Shown: piece after piece, positions 23,281 to 37,238 of the stretch | Numbering within the stretch: position 1 is the first letter of the stretch | How the letters are laid out: each line of letters starts with the position of its first letter | NCBI GenBank assembly: GCA_046563655.1 | Contig: CM102286.1 | Coordinates: forward strand, 4,836,001 to 4,900,000 | DNA length: 64,000 bases | DNA from: Yuukianura sp. NJ FZ-2021 | Lineage: Eukaryota | Direction: 5' to 3' | Made by a program: the position numbers and the translations under genes | Notes under the pieces: model-generated | Databases searched by the model: none | Seen by the model: the letters and a program-made list of their open reading frames with translations, nothing else | What the model was told of the DNA's origin: nothing

Positions 23281-26200
23281 GGCCCTTAAAATAACTAATC
23301 GTTGGATTTTGAAAAAAATTGAACAATTTTAAAAAATCGAACTACTGCTTCTTCTTGTAGCGTCTTTGGAACTAAAAGTATAACTAGGAAGTGTTTGTGC
23401 AAATGTAGCTAATTTTTGTTTTTAAAATTTGTTTCTTCCTTGATTCTAATCAAAATCAGAAGCCGTCTGGGTCATTTTAGGTCAAAGTTGATAAAAGCAA
23501 CTAAAAACATAATTCATGCAACCTTGTAAGAAAGAAAATGCTACACGATGGGCAAGGCCTTAGAAGTTTTTGAGAGTGGGAAAATTGATTTCTGTTCCAG
23601 TTATGGCGGAGAGAAAGAACATGAATTTTCGTATAACACGCTACGCTACGACGAAAAACCTTCTCTTATAGTAGTCTAAAATATTTATCCTCTAAAAACG
23701 TGAAATTGATGAGTTCAGAAGCTCGCGGAAAATGGGAATTTGATTCTGCTCACAAAAATTTCTATTGATTGATTACACTTTCCAAATTGGCACAACCATT
23801 TTTGTATCATCATATGCATTTGAAATAGTAGTTTTACAAAGTACTGTTTCACCATAATGGATTTTTGTCTTCCAATTCTTTTATCTTGCACAAACCTATA
23901 CCTACACTTAACAAATAGGATTCAGTGGGGAAGTGAGCCATTTTGAAGTGCTTACCCACAGATTTCCTAATGGGACTCCAGTACCACATCAAAGCAGGTG
24001 AAATTTTTTACGAGCAGGGTTTTACTATACAAATTTCGAAAGAAAACTTCATTTTGTTTACAAAAAAATGAAAACCGACAGAGGGGCGGAAAAGTGACGA
24101 CAGTGACCTACGTCAACTTAAAAAACCAAAAACAGAAATTGCTATACTTTTACAACCGAACTTAAATTTAGCATTTTTAAATGTGCTGCGGGAACGTAAA
24201 CTTCCGTAACCTATGTAAGTAATTGTTTCGCAATTGATAGTTAACTGATTAACGGTTAATTTAGGATTAATTATAGTGTATTGTTGCCTAATTCGACTAA
24301 ACCTATTGTTAAAAGTACTTGTTGACATACCGCTGTAAAGAGTAGCTTTTAAAGCAACAAAAGTCGCCAAGAAAAGAAGGATGAAATTGTCGTCATTGAA
24401 TGGTTGGGTAGGTTGCTACATCGTTATTAATTCCTTTCCGATGCGGAAACCTCCAAGTTGTAAACGGCGCGAAAGAAACCGTGTTTCAAGCTTCGTTCAG
24501 ATTTTTTTTGGGAAGTAAGAAACCGTGGCGGTGGTGAAAAAGGGGAGACTGCTATGCTGCTAGTGCCTGTTTAGGTTAAAGTCTAAAGTCGTTTTCAAGA
24601 AAAAGTATGGTTTCCTCTACTTCTTCGAAAAAAGGATCTGGATCCCCATTATTTATGTACTCGGTATCGGTTTGGACAAGGAGTGCCAATGGGAATGTGT
24701 GTGTAGAGTAAGAATACTTCCCCAGCAGTACTTCTGCAGCCAGAAAGCTTGCAATGTTCCAGGAACAGAGGCGGCAGATATAAAAAATCCTGATAGGAAA
24801 GCCAACATGAGAGGAAAGGCAGCAAAAGGAAGTAAAGTATTCCAACGGTGGCTTTAGGTCTGGAGTCTACTTTCTCCAAAGGAACAAAGTGAAAGCATGA
24901 AGAACAGGATATAAAAAAATAATCAATAGGTAAGAAGAGCCTTTTCCCCAACTAACTTACGGCACGGCTAAACTTGAATATCCGCACATACAGAACAACA
25001 CAAAAACTTTTGTTCCATTTTGTCATTTTTTCCTAACAAAAAAGAAAAGAGCCATAAACTGATTTCCCATTTTTTTCACCAATCAGACCAAAATTACAGC
25101 TTGAACTTGTTAACCTTAGAGTTATGAGGGTCTTTTTTGGAAATTTAAAAACAAAATCAAGCCTAATTACTTTAATCTGATTCTGAAAATATTTTGCCAA
25201 TTAAGCTAAAAAAAACCTAAGACTTTGAAAATTGGCGAAATTTCTCTAGATTCTTGTTTAAAAAACTTAAATTAGTCTAGAAACCGAATTTTATGAGAGG
25301 TCAAAGCCATCAAAAAAAAATTTTTTTTTGTAGTGTTAAGGGTAGAATTTTTTTTTGTAGTTTCTGCATGATAAATAATTGTTTCAGACAAATTTCCTAA
25401 AACCATGTTTTGGAGAAAAATAAACTTACAAAAATTTCACAAAAAGTACCACGGCCGAAGAAAATCAAATGAAAATAGAAACTTTTCCTTCAAAATCAAA
25501 AACGTTCTACAAACAATTAGTGCAATTGCGATTTTCTAAAAAGATCTAATAAGAATAGGTATTTATAGTAACTCAGTTGATTTTTTTTTAGATTTTTATT
25601 GATTCTTAATTTCTGTCTGTATAAATAGAATAACCTTAACATGTACTTCTAGTACTTGGGACTATTGAAGAAAGAAACTTTCTCCCACGCGACTAACATA
25701 GTTTTTCAGTTGTTGCTTTACTGCGTGGGAGTAAGGCTAAGACCTACGTACTTTCTCCATAAAGTTCCATCTCCCTATCTACCCAATCTATCTGATGGAA
25801 CGGAAGAAAGAGAGTCTCACAAAATGCGTGGGCTTTCTCCTACTCACGGCTTCAAATTTAACCGCCAAAGAGGAGAAAGTGTTTAAGACGCGTAGCCTTT
25901 TTGTTTCCGATGAATCACTCTACAAAAACGGACGAGTGACTAAACTTTTGTGTGTAAGTGGTACGAATAACTAGAAGACATAAACAGGAAAAATTTTACA
26001 ATAATACAACTTACTCAATATTACTTAAGTACACTCATCAGAAATCCTTAAATCAAACTAAATGCTCCACTTAAACATTTCACAAGACTTTTATATATAA
26101 TAGACTTTCTAATTTAAACATTTTTACTCTGTGTAGTAGAAAACAAAAAAGAGACTGTTGAAAATGCACAATTTTAAGCAATTTTTTGTTAAAGGCAGAT

Positions 26201-26875
26201 CCTAGAGTACCAGGGAATTTAAGTCTATGTGCTCACAAAAGTCTAAAAACTTCGTTTTTTGCGCTGCTTTACTTTTTCAAAAGTTTTTCAAAGAGGACAT
26301 TGTTCTGATTCACTTTTTTTCTAAAGAAGTCTTTCTTTGGTATCGGTATTGTCGTAAGCAATTTCCAAATTTTTAGAAAACGTTATCTGTTCTAGGGATT
26401 AGTCTTAATGCTTTTGAAAACAGAAGCAGCTATGATCGTCAGATTAACATTTATGCTACCAGGAAAAATGTAGGTTTGTGCTTAGTCGAAAGAGATTTAA
26501 GGCAAGAGGGTTGAAAAAATTGACTAAAAATGAATTTTATATACCTCCGTTTTTTGTAATTCCAAGTTCATTTCTACATTAGACAGGAAGGAATCGTGCG
26601 CACAGGGAACGTGAGGGACTTAAGTGAATTTCCAAAAAGGACTACACGAGTACACGTAGTCCCTTAATACATTTTTCTTTTTAATAATAAAGTTAAACAG
26701 GACACCTTGAGTGACAGTCCAGTTACTCAATCTGGATGAAGAGCAGAACGGGTAGTAGCACTTCCGGACACAGCAGCAGCCGTCCAGCACAAGCTGAACG
26801 CTGGGTCTATGTTCAACCGAATCTTCGTTGGCTTGTTAGCTGACGACAAACCGGAGGGGGGACTTAGGGGAGTTG

Positions 26876-29235
26876 CTATGTTTCAAGGGATGCGATGAGG
26901 CTGTGGAAGACAACGGACTGCAGTTCACCAAAAATGGATGAGTGGCCACAGGATGAGAACTGCTGTTTTTCGGCGGCAGGGGAGGTGTTGGTTTCAGGGG
27001 TCCCCAAAGGGCCACTGGTCCCGACTGAATTTGGACACTTATGTTGGTGAACTGGGAGATCAGCTAAGGGGACGCTGACGTTGAGTCCAGGAGGGCAACA
27101 GGATGACGAAGACGACATAGGGGAGGACTCGCACTTGTTTTCCTTGCTCTCCTCGCAGATTTTTGGTGACGACGGGTCACATGACTTGTCTTCCAGAACG
27201 TCCAATCCAGTTGTACTGGTTGGACTGGTCAAGTGAAAGTCCAATCTGAATTCGTCCATGACCTCGTCACCAGTTTCGTTAGAGTTAAGATTCGTTTGCG
27301 TTGTACTTGTAGCATTGTCCCAACTACTTTTGCTACCTCCGACGACATCAACGTCAATTTCAAAATCTTCAACCCCTAGGTCTGGAACTGCCGCTGGAGA
27401 AGCCTGGAGATGACTGGAGACTGTGACCTCGTGACCTTGACCTCCTTCAATTGTCATGCGCGCCTTTTTGATTTCTCCATCATGGGATGATGATGAGGGG
27501 GAGGCAGAAAGACATTCGAGGGAGATGGGGGTTGGAGGCCTCGAGCCCCCCTCTTCGATGGCTGAGATAATGCAAGGAGGGGTGGGTGGGATGTAGATTT
27601 GACTGAGAACTTCCTCAACGTCAGACTCAGGATCCTCCGTCAGAGGGCGTTTTCGTGAATTGTGCTGATTGGAGAATGAGGATGGTGGACCATAGAGTGA
27701 CGAACTGTCATCAATGAGGTCATCGGCATGAACCAACTCTTGAAGGCGTGAAGAGGCAAAGCTTTTCCGGAACGAGTGCATGGAGCTTAGCTTGGACATG
27801 TACCCACCGTTCCGTACCATTTTTTCTTCACGAACTTCGCGCTGAAGCCGTTTTACTGTGTTGTTGATTAGCACTGATCGTCTTAGAAAACTTTCTGGAT
27901 CTTCTATACGTCGAACTTTGTTCAATGAGACCTTGAGAACCTGCAAGGAATAAACGGAAATTAGATCACATGGTAGCATAGGTTCAAGTGACCTCGTAAG
28001 CATGAAAGTGAATTGGGGTAGGCCTACTTTTCTAAAAAGTCCAATTCAAACCCCTTGAACTCTTTTTCAAATTGATTTTCAATTTGACCACCCCGATTTA
28101 TTATTTACGTGCACCCGAATTTGTGGCATTTTTTTAAACTTGTTTTTACTGAACTCGGAGTTTTCATGGAAAAAAAAGTTTCAAAAAAATTTTATTGTGC
28201 AATGACTGGTTGAAATTTCCTTGAAATTTCTAACCCTATGTTAACTTAAATTTAAAGTTGAAGGTAAGGGCGTGTGATTTCAGCACCTTTTAAGTAAGTT
28301 AGGCTTCACCAGTAAGTGATTGGAGCTCTTTTGGAATAATATCTCATTAGTATTTCTGTTCATACGAGAGCATAAGAACTTTGGAAGTTATTAGTTTCAT
28401 GTTGTTTTTGCGTTTAGAAATAATTGTTTGCCTAAGCAGTTAGTTTAGGTTTTTGAGGAGCAGTTGCTGTGCAGGCTTATCATGTCAACCAAGTGACGTG
28501 GTTATGAGACCGCAGCCATGGTGGTAGCCAACATTGCACAGAGATAATGGGAACATTTGTAATATTTTGAGGTTATTCTGTCCTTTTCCTCTCCAATTAA
28601 TGAGCCATCAATGAAAGACAGGGATTGAGGTTTACTGTATATATTTTTACTAAGATATGCACAGTGTTGCACAGTTTTAACATAACGTTAGGTTCAAAAA
28701 GCTAAGGTTTTACAGTTTTGAGGGGAGTAACTATGAGGTGTGAGACAATGCCAAAAAATAACAATGGAATCAAAACCCTTCTCCCCTCATGATGCTAATC
28801 CAATGCACCAAAGATTTTTTCCAACTTTGTCTTTTCATTCCTTCACTTCTCTACCCTTAAACTTTGAGCTCAAAAATGTACAGAGCGAGTCTTGAACTTT
28901 TTCAAAATCGGTTTTTCAAAAACGAGAACTTACCTTTTTCCGTTCCTCTCGAAGTCTGTACTTGGCTGTGAACATGGAGGGCCTTCGAGTTGTGCCCGAA
29001 CAGAGACCACCACTGAAAATAGATGTAGAAGATGACAGCCCAATCCCCGAACAAGATGACATTGCTTCCAGATAAATATTTGAATCCTCCCAGTAGTTGA
29101 AGTTTGAAGCTTCTAAAGCTTGAAGCTTTGAAGCTTGTTTTGCCCTGGGTGTGGTTGGTAGCACTCGTGTGGTTAATTTCTTGTCACTTGCTTCCAAACC
29201 TCCACTAATTTGTTCCAGATTAGACTTTAGCAAAT
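26876..29235 (-). CDS. tara: Taranis / SERTA-domain transcriptional co-regulator (two main coding exons)
   Basis: Exons 29235-28934 and 27940-26876 join in phase 0 to give the SERTA domain (REERKK|VLKVSLNKVRRIEDPESFLRRSVLINNTVKRLQRE). Also present are an N-terminal W..SNIYLEA motif, VLSQIYIPPTP, and the C-terminal SCGHSSIFGELQSVVFHSLIASLET* typical of the family. Start is either ATG 29062 or in an upstream exon (candidate ATG 34979). Confidence 0.88.
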
Positions 29236-32200
29236 CTGAAATTAAATAAAAAGTAAAGAGGCTTTTAGAATTGCATAAAAATTTTCCATTTTTTGTTCGC
29301 TGAATGTTTCAAAGTGGTGCACAGATATGTTTTTAAGTATGGTTTCCCACTGCGCTGTATGTTTTTACAATTCTAATTTGGTTCTGGATTTTGCCAAGGC
29401 AATGACACTACTTACACTAGGGTATGCGGGAAAGTGTCAAAGGCATAAAAACTCTGAATTTGCACGCAAATATGCGTTTAGGACTAAAAACCTAACCTTA
29501 TACACCACCTCAGCCATCCTCTTTTCCTGCCCCTATGTACTAAAAAGTACTTGAGACAGAAGGATTGTCATCCACTGTCACTTAGATGTATAAAAGTTAA
29601 GGACGTGTACTTTCTCAAGACACCCACTTGAATGCTTCAATTTCAGAGCAACAACAAGAGGAGGTAGGGCGGTGATACAGGAGAGCGAAATACACTTTGC
29701 AAAATGAAATAAAAGTTCTCACTTGATTGTCGTGCCTTCCTTGACGCTTCCCTGCTGCTAAGACTTGCTCAAAATTGTCTCTTTGAATTAGGTCAACACT
29801 GAAACTACTGTACACACAGAAGTGTCAACCAGCGGCGGTACAAAGCACTTTGACCTCTGCGGTACCGACACTAGCAAAAGGTCACCAGAGGTCAATTGAC
29901 CTTGCAAAACATGTTCCGGATGCTGGATTTTGAACTTTTGAGATTTGAGGTTAAGGAGCAAGAATGCCGGAGAAAGTGATTGCGTGATAAACTGGAGCGG
30001 AGAAAATTGAAAGTGAAGCGTCTTTGAGATGATCCCAGCTTTTTCTTTTTTCTTTTCTTTCAGAAAAACTCCGAATGTCGGATTCGGCGTAGCAGGAGAA
30101 ACTCCGTTTTACTTTAATCGTTACTCCGGAAAATTTGTCTTGACTAAAAGACTGTCACAGACCCCTTAGTCCCTTTGACCTCAATCTTACTGACTCGAGA
30201 ACGAAAAAAGAAGCGACTAGGACTGAAGTTGGAAGCTACGAAGCTTGATGACGACTGGCTCTGGGAGTTTATGAGCACGAGGACTAAACTACAGTGTTAG
30301 GTTCAGAATGGAAACGATGAAGAAGGAATAACAACTGGTTCTTGTGAGGCAGGCAGCAATGTGCCTCTGACAGAAGGAATACTTTGCACATTTAAAGCTC
30401 TCTCCCCTATCCATCCAAATCCAAAAAGTAAGTATCGAAGTACTATGCTTTTGGCTGCATAACCAGAACTTCCCGAACGACTAATACTTTGGGGGAGAGT
30501 TATCCTGGCGATCCAAACACTTTACTACTACGGTTAACTTGTTGAGGGCTTTTGACAGTACAGAAAAGAAGACGAGCTTTGGCCTACGTGAGCCTTAATG
30601 GTTGAAGGGGAGAAATTAGAAAGAATGGAAATGGATGAAACCGTACAGAAATATATGGGAAATGTCCCAGGAAATTTTGGGCAGGCAGTCAAACACAAGC
30701 AGCAGCAGCATCTGAAGATCCGAATTTTTTTTTCAAAGTGAAACAACTTCAAAGATTCATTCCAGAAAATAAGGAGAGAAAGGAAGTGTAAAGTTAGGAA
30801 CAGAACCGAAAAAAAACTATTATTACAACAAAGTTTCACAGCTCTAAAAGTTGGTTTTAAAAGTTCCTTTTTGGACTCAAGCCTGAGGTAGACAGCTTCC
30901 CCTTCTTCACCGAAAAACGAATCAATAGTCTAACAAAAACGGAAGAATGAGGGAGATTTTGAAGGAAGTCAGGACCAATTTGAAACTGAAATTTCACCTG
31001 TCAGCGTCTTTCTCAATCTCAATTTAACTTAGTACTTGAGTATACCTTTAAGTTCCAAAATCGCTGCAACTATGTGGCTCTAGGCTCTAAACGTAGGCTG
31101 AACCTAATTAAACGTTAACTAATTCTTGATTAGAATCTTAACTGAGTTTTCGACGACTCGTTAGCCCGTGATAGGACTCACACGACTACAAACTTAGTGT
31201 AGCATTGGGAAGAACTCCTTTTCGATTCGCATGGCTTCCATTTTGTGCCCTCTTTTCCCTTTGAAAACTTTCATAACATCGAAAACACAGAGGAACCTTA
31301 CAACTAAATTCATGTCACTGATCTCTACTTTTCGTAGACCATAATAGACTTAAAACTATGATAATCTCATATGTAGTGAGAGAGAGTAACACTTTTCAAA
31401 TCAATCTTACACTTAATTTTAACATGATTTTCTTTCTACTTCTACTGATCTAGTACAACACAATATTTAAGAAAAAAAAAGCCATGAAACAGAGGATTTC
31501 ACAGAAAAAGCAGTGTGGTGCTTCATGCGGCATTCGGAGAAAAGCCTTCTTTTTCCTTTTTCTCTTGAAATTTTGTTGCTGTTTTTTTTTCTTTGACATT
31601 TTCGATTGAATTTTCTTGTATTTTTTTCTGCTTCGATCGGTTGTTGCACTCTGGGAATTTCGAAATTACCTTTTGTGTTACTTCAACTGCTTAAATTTAA
31701 ATTATTGTCCTGTTTCTACCAAAGTTTTTTCAGTAGAATATAATTTTGGCGTGTACAGGTAAGCACCGTTAAGTGAATTTGCAAGTTGGCAGTGCGTGTC
31801 GATTGTTTTGTTGAGCAAGGGGGCTAGAACCGGAAGATGGGGCCGCTGAAATTACTATACAAGAGGCTGTGGTGGTTTTTATTTTGAATGTTGGCGGAGA
31901 TGGAAGAGAGAGAGAAGACATTTTGGTTATCTGATATGCTTCCTTTGTCTCCTTGAAATGAAATCATTAGGCTCTCCAACTTTGAATTTTCCACCAAGAC
32001 TCTAACCTTTACATCTCTTCACAATATTCACATCTTCCCCTCCGCAGCATCCAAAAGATGATTGAAACCAAATCTTTTTCCTTTTTTTTTTCAGAAAACG
32101 GAAAAACTTGGGACACTTTATGGCAAACAAAAGCTGGCTATCTGCTGCTCATGAGATGGAAAATTTAAAAACTGAGTTTTACATTGGAATGGAATAGGGC

Positions 32201-35200
32201 ATGGGGCCTAACCTAAGGTTCAAGGTGCCTACACTTGCTCCAACTTTGCTCCAAAAAGTTAGACATGATAGTAAAAAGTATTTTTCCTTGCGTCTTAACT
32301 TCCAGAAGATCCAGACCAAAGATTCTAGCAGGCTATTATCTTATTTACATCATTACATCTACATCTCCCCACTTCCAAAAAAAACCTCAACCTAAACTCC
32401 GAAGGAAGGCGGAAATTGAACAAACCATCATCATCTCATCTTCGTCTTTCCTCCTAAACGCTTTAACCTGCCACTTCCAACATTGTAATCACGAGCCACT
32501 GAACCTCCACACTTCCTCTTGAAGGCTGCTCTTGGTTTTTCAAAAACCACACTTTGAAAGCCTACGCTTCCATTGTTGGTTGATGATGCGAATTGGAAAA
32601 GTGAATAATGTGAATTAATGTACACAATTATTTGTTGGAATGATGCAAAAGGTCTCAAGCCAAAATCCCAAAACCAGTTTTCCCTTTGTCTCTTTGAGTT
32701 ACTTTACTTAGAAAATGGTCTTATGGAAGCCTCCCCTCATCTTCCTAACCTAACCGTGGTCTTTAATCTACAGAAAAGGCTACTAGCCAACATAAGGTAA
32801 GTACATAGGAAACACTTTTTGAGTCGCTGCTAAAGTTCTCAAAGTTGTTGAATCTATGAAAATGATTGTTGCTGAACGATGTTTCGAAGGCAAAGGAGAG
32901 CCTTGACAATAGATCTGTGTAGAGCCATTGTTGAATTGTTGGAAACGAGGGGTGAATTTTCTACCCCTTCAAAACAACTACCCCCAACAAGGAGATATTA
33001 TAATGAACCCCAATCATCCATCCATCTCTTCCGATGACCATCATCCCCCTAACTTTATTCTACAACACACACCGTAAACGCTGCTTCTTTTTGGAAAAAG
33101 TATAATAACACAATGTTAGTCTAAATTACACTCAATTAACTTGATTTAAACGAATTTAAATCAAAACTAATTCAGTTTAAAACTAATTCAAACCAAATTA
33201 AGTTACGAACCACAACTTTCTGGTTCTGAGCACTTTGTAGCAAAAATTTTTAGAACCAAATTAAGTTTCAATTGAAAAGTTTTCAAATACAGGGAAACGA
33301 TTTAAAAATAGTACAAAATCAAAAGTTCTGAAAACAATTACATAAATTCGAGCTGCATTGAATAAAGCTTTACTTGCGAAATGTTCCGAATCCATATAAA
33401 AATCGATCAAACTCAAACAGTTAAATTGCATTTGTAAATGCTCAGTTTTGTTTTACAAGAAGAAAACCTTCCAGTAGCACCTTCTAATTAAGTTTCTCAC
33501 ACCCCGTTTTCCTTGCTTTTCCAGAAAATAATTCTATAGTTAGTTGGTAGCGTACGTCAATACAATTTGGTTTCAACCCTCTCATTGTTTTTTGTAAGTG
33601 TAAATACAAATTAATTCCTGTTATTAATCAGTTTCTATGCATTAACCCTATTGACACAAAAGTTTTACAGAGCATTACAGATAATTTGAACCCCACTGGA
33701 AAACAGTTCCCTATTCTTTGGTTTTAAATCAATCATCCCCTCAATTACTTTTCTTCCAACCATGGTTTTAGTTTTCCCTTTTTCATAAAATTATGCATCG
33801 GATTTTGTATAAAGTTGGTTCATGGTGGTGGGTAAAAGGAAATAAGTTCCAAATTGTCCTTTATGTCTCCCCTGAATGGAAAATAAAATAAGTTTTTGGG
33901 AGGGAGGGGAAGAACTTTTTGTTAGAAAGCATATCCACTTCATGCATACAAATGGCCTCAGATTCACATGACACACAATATGACTCCAACTTCTTCCAAA
34001 ATCTAAAACGCATTGTGTCGTAGTAGTCGAACGAAAAATCCATTCCTTGGGGACCACGCTCGAGACATAGGCTGTATTCTGGAACCGATTTTTCATGATT
34101 TCTTAGAACGGAATTGGATTTTGAAAAACTGGTTTTAGCTAACCAAAAATGCAGAGTTTATCGAAACCGAAAATGTAAATTCTCCAATTTCATAAACCAA
34201 AAATGATTTTCAGTAACTAAATTTTTAGAAAAGTGGGGTTGACTTTTAGAAGGAGGGTAAATTGACTCATTTGGCATTGCATAAACGGAAATCAGAATTC
34301 ATTTGATACTTGACTTTAGCCGTCAAGGCTCTCAAGTGCAAAAAAACTTTTATAAGTGGTGGCAGCTAACCTTGACAGTATTTTCCTTTTGTCGGATACA
34401 TACATACACTTTGTAACATTAGGAACATAGGGGATCCAAAAATCTACTGAACCTCGCTTGCTAGCACAAAACCTACGTGAGGACACCCATGGAATACGAA
34501 CTGATCGATCCCAAACCACGGCGCACAACTTCAAATCTCGAACGCCACATCTTTTCCCTCTTCCTTTTAACATTGCTGTCATTCAATTGAAATGTAGTTA
34601 CTCAATTTTTACTTGTAACCTCTTGAAGGTCTTCTGCGACACTCTATTACCTCCACCCTAAATTCTTGTTTCTCTGTTTGTCCCTTAAAACTATGAACGG
34701 CCTTTTAAAATGTTAGAGAATCGTGAAAAATGCGAGGTTGAAGCCAAAAAGTCAACCAAGGGAGGGCTTGGGATGCTGAAGATTTGGTCCAGTGAAGATG
34801 TTATAAATGTTGATCTGACACAACTTGTTGTGTATAAGCATTTGAAAACTTAATGCTAACCCTACCATCCACCGTTCCTCATTTTCCCTTGTGTCTCTAT
34901 GTATATGGCCTAAGCCAGTTTTCTGGTACAGTGCTGTGCTCATTTCATCTCTGACCTAATTTGGTCACTTACGTCGCATTTGACTGCCTTTTGTCAAATC
35001 TCTCTCCTGAACTTTTCCCCATTCTGAACAAGGTAAAATAAAACTGTTGTTTTGAGTCAAAAACGGTACAAATGACGCATAGTACTAAAAACGCTGACTT
35101 TGAAAAAAGTCTCTAAAGAATGAAAAATTGCACCCAAATTTTTTCATGTCAAGAGCCTTGAGAAAATCCTACTTTTTCAAATTATTAAAACAGGAACAAA

Positions 35201-36227
35201 ACGAAACAGCTTTGTAAACCCCTATATTAAAAAAAAACTGAAAATTTGACCAAAATAACACGGTTGAATGCACTTTTTGTTATCACCGGATTTATCAATC
35301 CTGAAATCTGAGGAGAAAGTGTGTATCGACTGATTTTAAAAAACGCAATTTATGAATATGTCATGGAGTTGTCCATGCACTTGTCCATTTCAGATTTACG
35401 TGATAAAAGTTGTTTTCTGGAAGAGAACTTATAATTTTTTTTTACAATGATGAAAAAAGTTTAAAGTGTGGAGATGGTTATGTCAAATGGCCATTTGATA
35501 TCGTTGAAGGACTGTTAGATTAAAGTCCGCTCACGAAAGACTACACAATGTAGATAGTTACAGTTGCAATTTTAAGAGTTAGGGACGACGATGAGGAGAT
35601 GATGGTATGTTTCTGTCAAAACCTGATGCATCTTACGCCATGTCACCCACCCACTCAAATTTATAGTAGTTGTGGCTTTTAGTAACTTACAAGTCCCACA
35701 TTATATTCTCAAAAAATCTCATTGCACAAGTCTCTTTCCCATCATCATCAATAAACATTTTTAAATCTTTCAAATAAAAAAAGTTAAAACTCTCATTTGA
35801 TTAGGTACCAGGGAAAACGAGTAAGCTGTACGGTGGCAACAGGCAAAAATGCATTGTGTTTTCTCTTGCGCAATCCCTGTTTTAGGAGAACTCAAAAAGT
35901 AAATACGTCCGTGAATAAATAGTTACGCCATTTCATTCCAAATCTCCATTCTCTGCCTTTATGACGTTTGAAAACCTCAGTTTCCCCTTGATACAAAAAC
36001 AACAAAAGCCAAACATTGAGGCGACAAACTGCGGGAAATTTTGAATTTTGTGACTCAAAAGCCCGAGGAGGTAAGAACAAAAGTGTCATGACTTTGTGAC
36101 GACGTTCCTTTCGTCACAATCACAAAATCGTTGCGTCAAGGTAACCCGTATGCTAACCTTGGGAGCTTTGTAGGAATTAAGGAGTTAATGGGTTCATGAA
36201 TTTGTTTTGAAAGGATTTGGAACTTAC

Positions 36228-37238
36228 GTTTTTTTTCTTCTTTGTTGAAAAAAATGGAACGCCAAACAAGACTTTGGTTGGTTGTTCTGGAAAATGCAAG
36301 TCGGAAGCTTCTACTTTCTGCTCAAGTGTTGAAGGTTGTTGGAAAGTACTGAGGTTGTTCCGTTACTTTAGGCTTGATGGGAAAATCGATGAGAGCCCTT
36401 TGAATAACTCTTGTGGCAAAGTGTATACTGGAAGTAGTTGTGTCCTTAATTCAGTTTTCACTCTGTTGGATGAACAGCACACTGGAACTTGGTGTTAGAT
36501 TTTGAAAAACCTAGGTTAAGGTTTTGGAAAACTTAGGTTCAGTTTTGGAAAGCAGAAGCACTTGGAAGGCTCAGTTCCTTTGGACTAATAGTTTTTTGCA
36601 AAGTCGTGCAAATAGGATGAACTTGTAAGCTTCTAGGCTTCTAAAACTTTCTGTTTCTGTGCTACGTGTGTGTGGGAAGTTGAGTCAATATTCGAAATAA
36701 GTTTTAGTTTGAAGTAGTAGTAGTGGTTGAATGTTAGTAGGGAGATGAGCTCCTCCTTCGATACAGTGGGTGGTGTGGACGAAGGTTGAGTGATAATGAG
36801 GTCAAAAGACCTTGGTGGCTCAAAGTGGGGCTCTAATCCACTTTCACTCCGGCGGAGACGCTCAAGGGCTCCTGGTGCTGGAGAAAGCACGGACCTTAAT
36901 GGCAACTTTTTTTTTGGCTTTGAGAAAGCGAGTTGTTGCTTTCCTCGTCTCTATCCTTCAAAAAAATTTTTTTGAGGTTTTCGAAAAAAAAAGGATTTTA
37001 GCCTTCCTTTTCTTATTTTTTCTTTCTTTGGAAAAAAGTGTCTCCAAAAAAGTGTGCCCTTTTGATTTTTCCGAAGGCTATGGATTCTATGGGATATAAA
37101 ATTTTAAATGTGTGAAAGTGCTTTTGTAGCTGTGAGGCTTTATGGATTTTGGGTTTTAATTTTGAAGCTTTGTAAGTGGGTTGTGAAGAGCTACTGTGTG
37201 ACAGCGTCCGTTCCGTTCGCCTGCCAACTCCCTACTGA
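36228..37238 (-). other. Candidate first (5' UTR) exon of the taranis gene
   Basis: Initiator-like TCAGT at 37238-37234 on the minus strand and a strong donor GTAAGT starting at 36227. No ATG-initiated frame leads into the downstream coding exon. Confidence 0.4.
36500..36552. repeat. Short imperfect tandem repeat (about 21 bp, about 2.5 copies)
   Basis: ttttgaaaaacctaggttaagg / ttttggaaaacttaggttcag / ttttggaaag. Confidence 0.5.

Noticed and set aside
23064..23326. ORF-track frames MFNFFQNP... and MFKLKGNFLGYGVFVFLLVLLK as the N-terminus of the fusion gene
   Set aside because: Both begin at non-ATG codons and the hydrophobic run is the intron's T-rich tract. The ATG-23280 frame gives a proper signal peptide, the first Cys and a matching phase.
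24575..24929. Plus-strand exon-like segment (TTTAG acceptor, GTAAGA donor) with an open frame to 24857
   Set aside because: No phase-compatible ATG exon was found and no motif is recognisable, so a gene cannot be supported from sequence alone.
26864..26878. TAG-CAA leaky-stop context at the taranis stop codon
   Set aside because: A TAA follows after three codons, so no meaningful extension.
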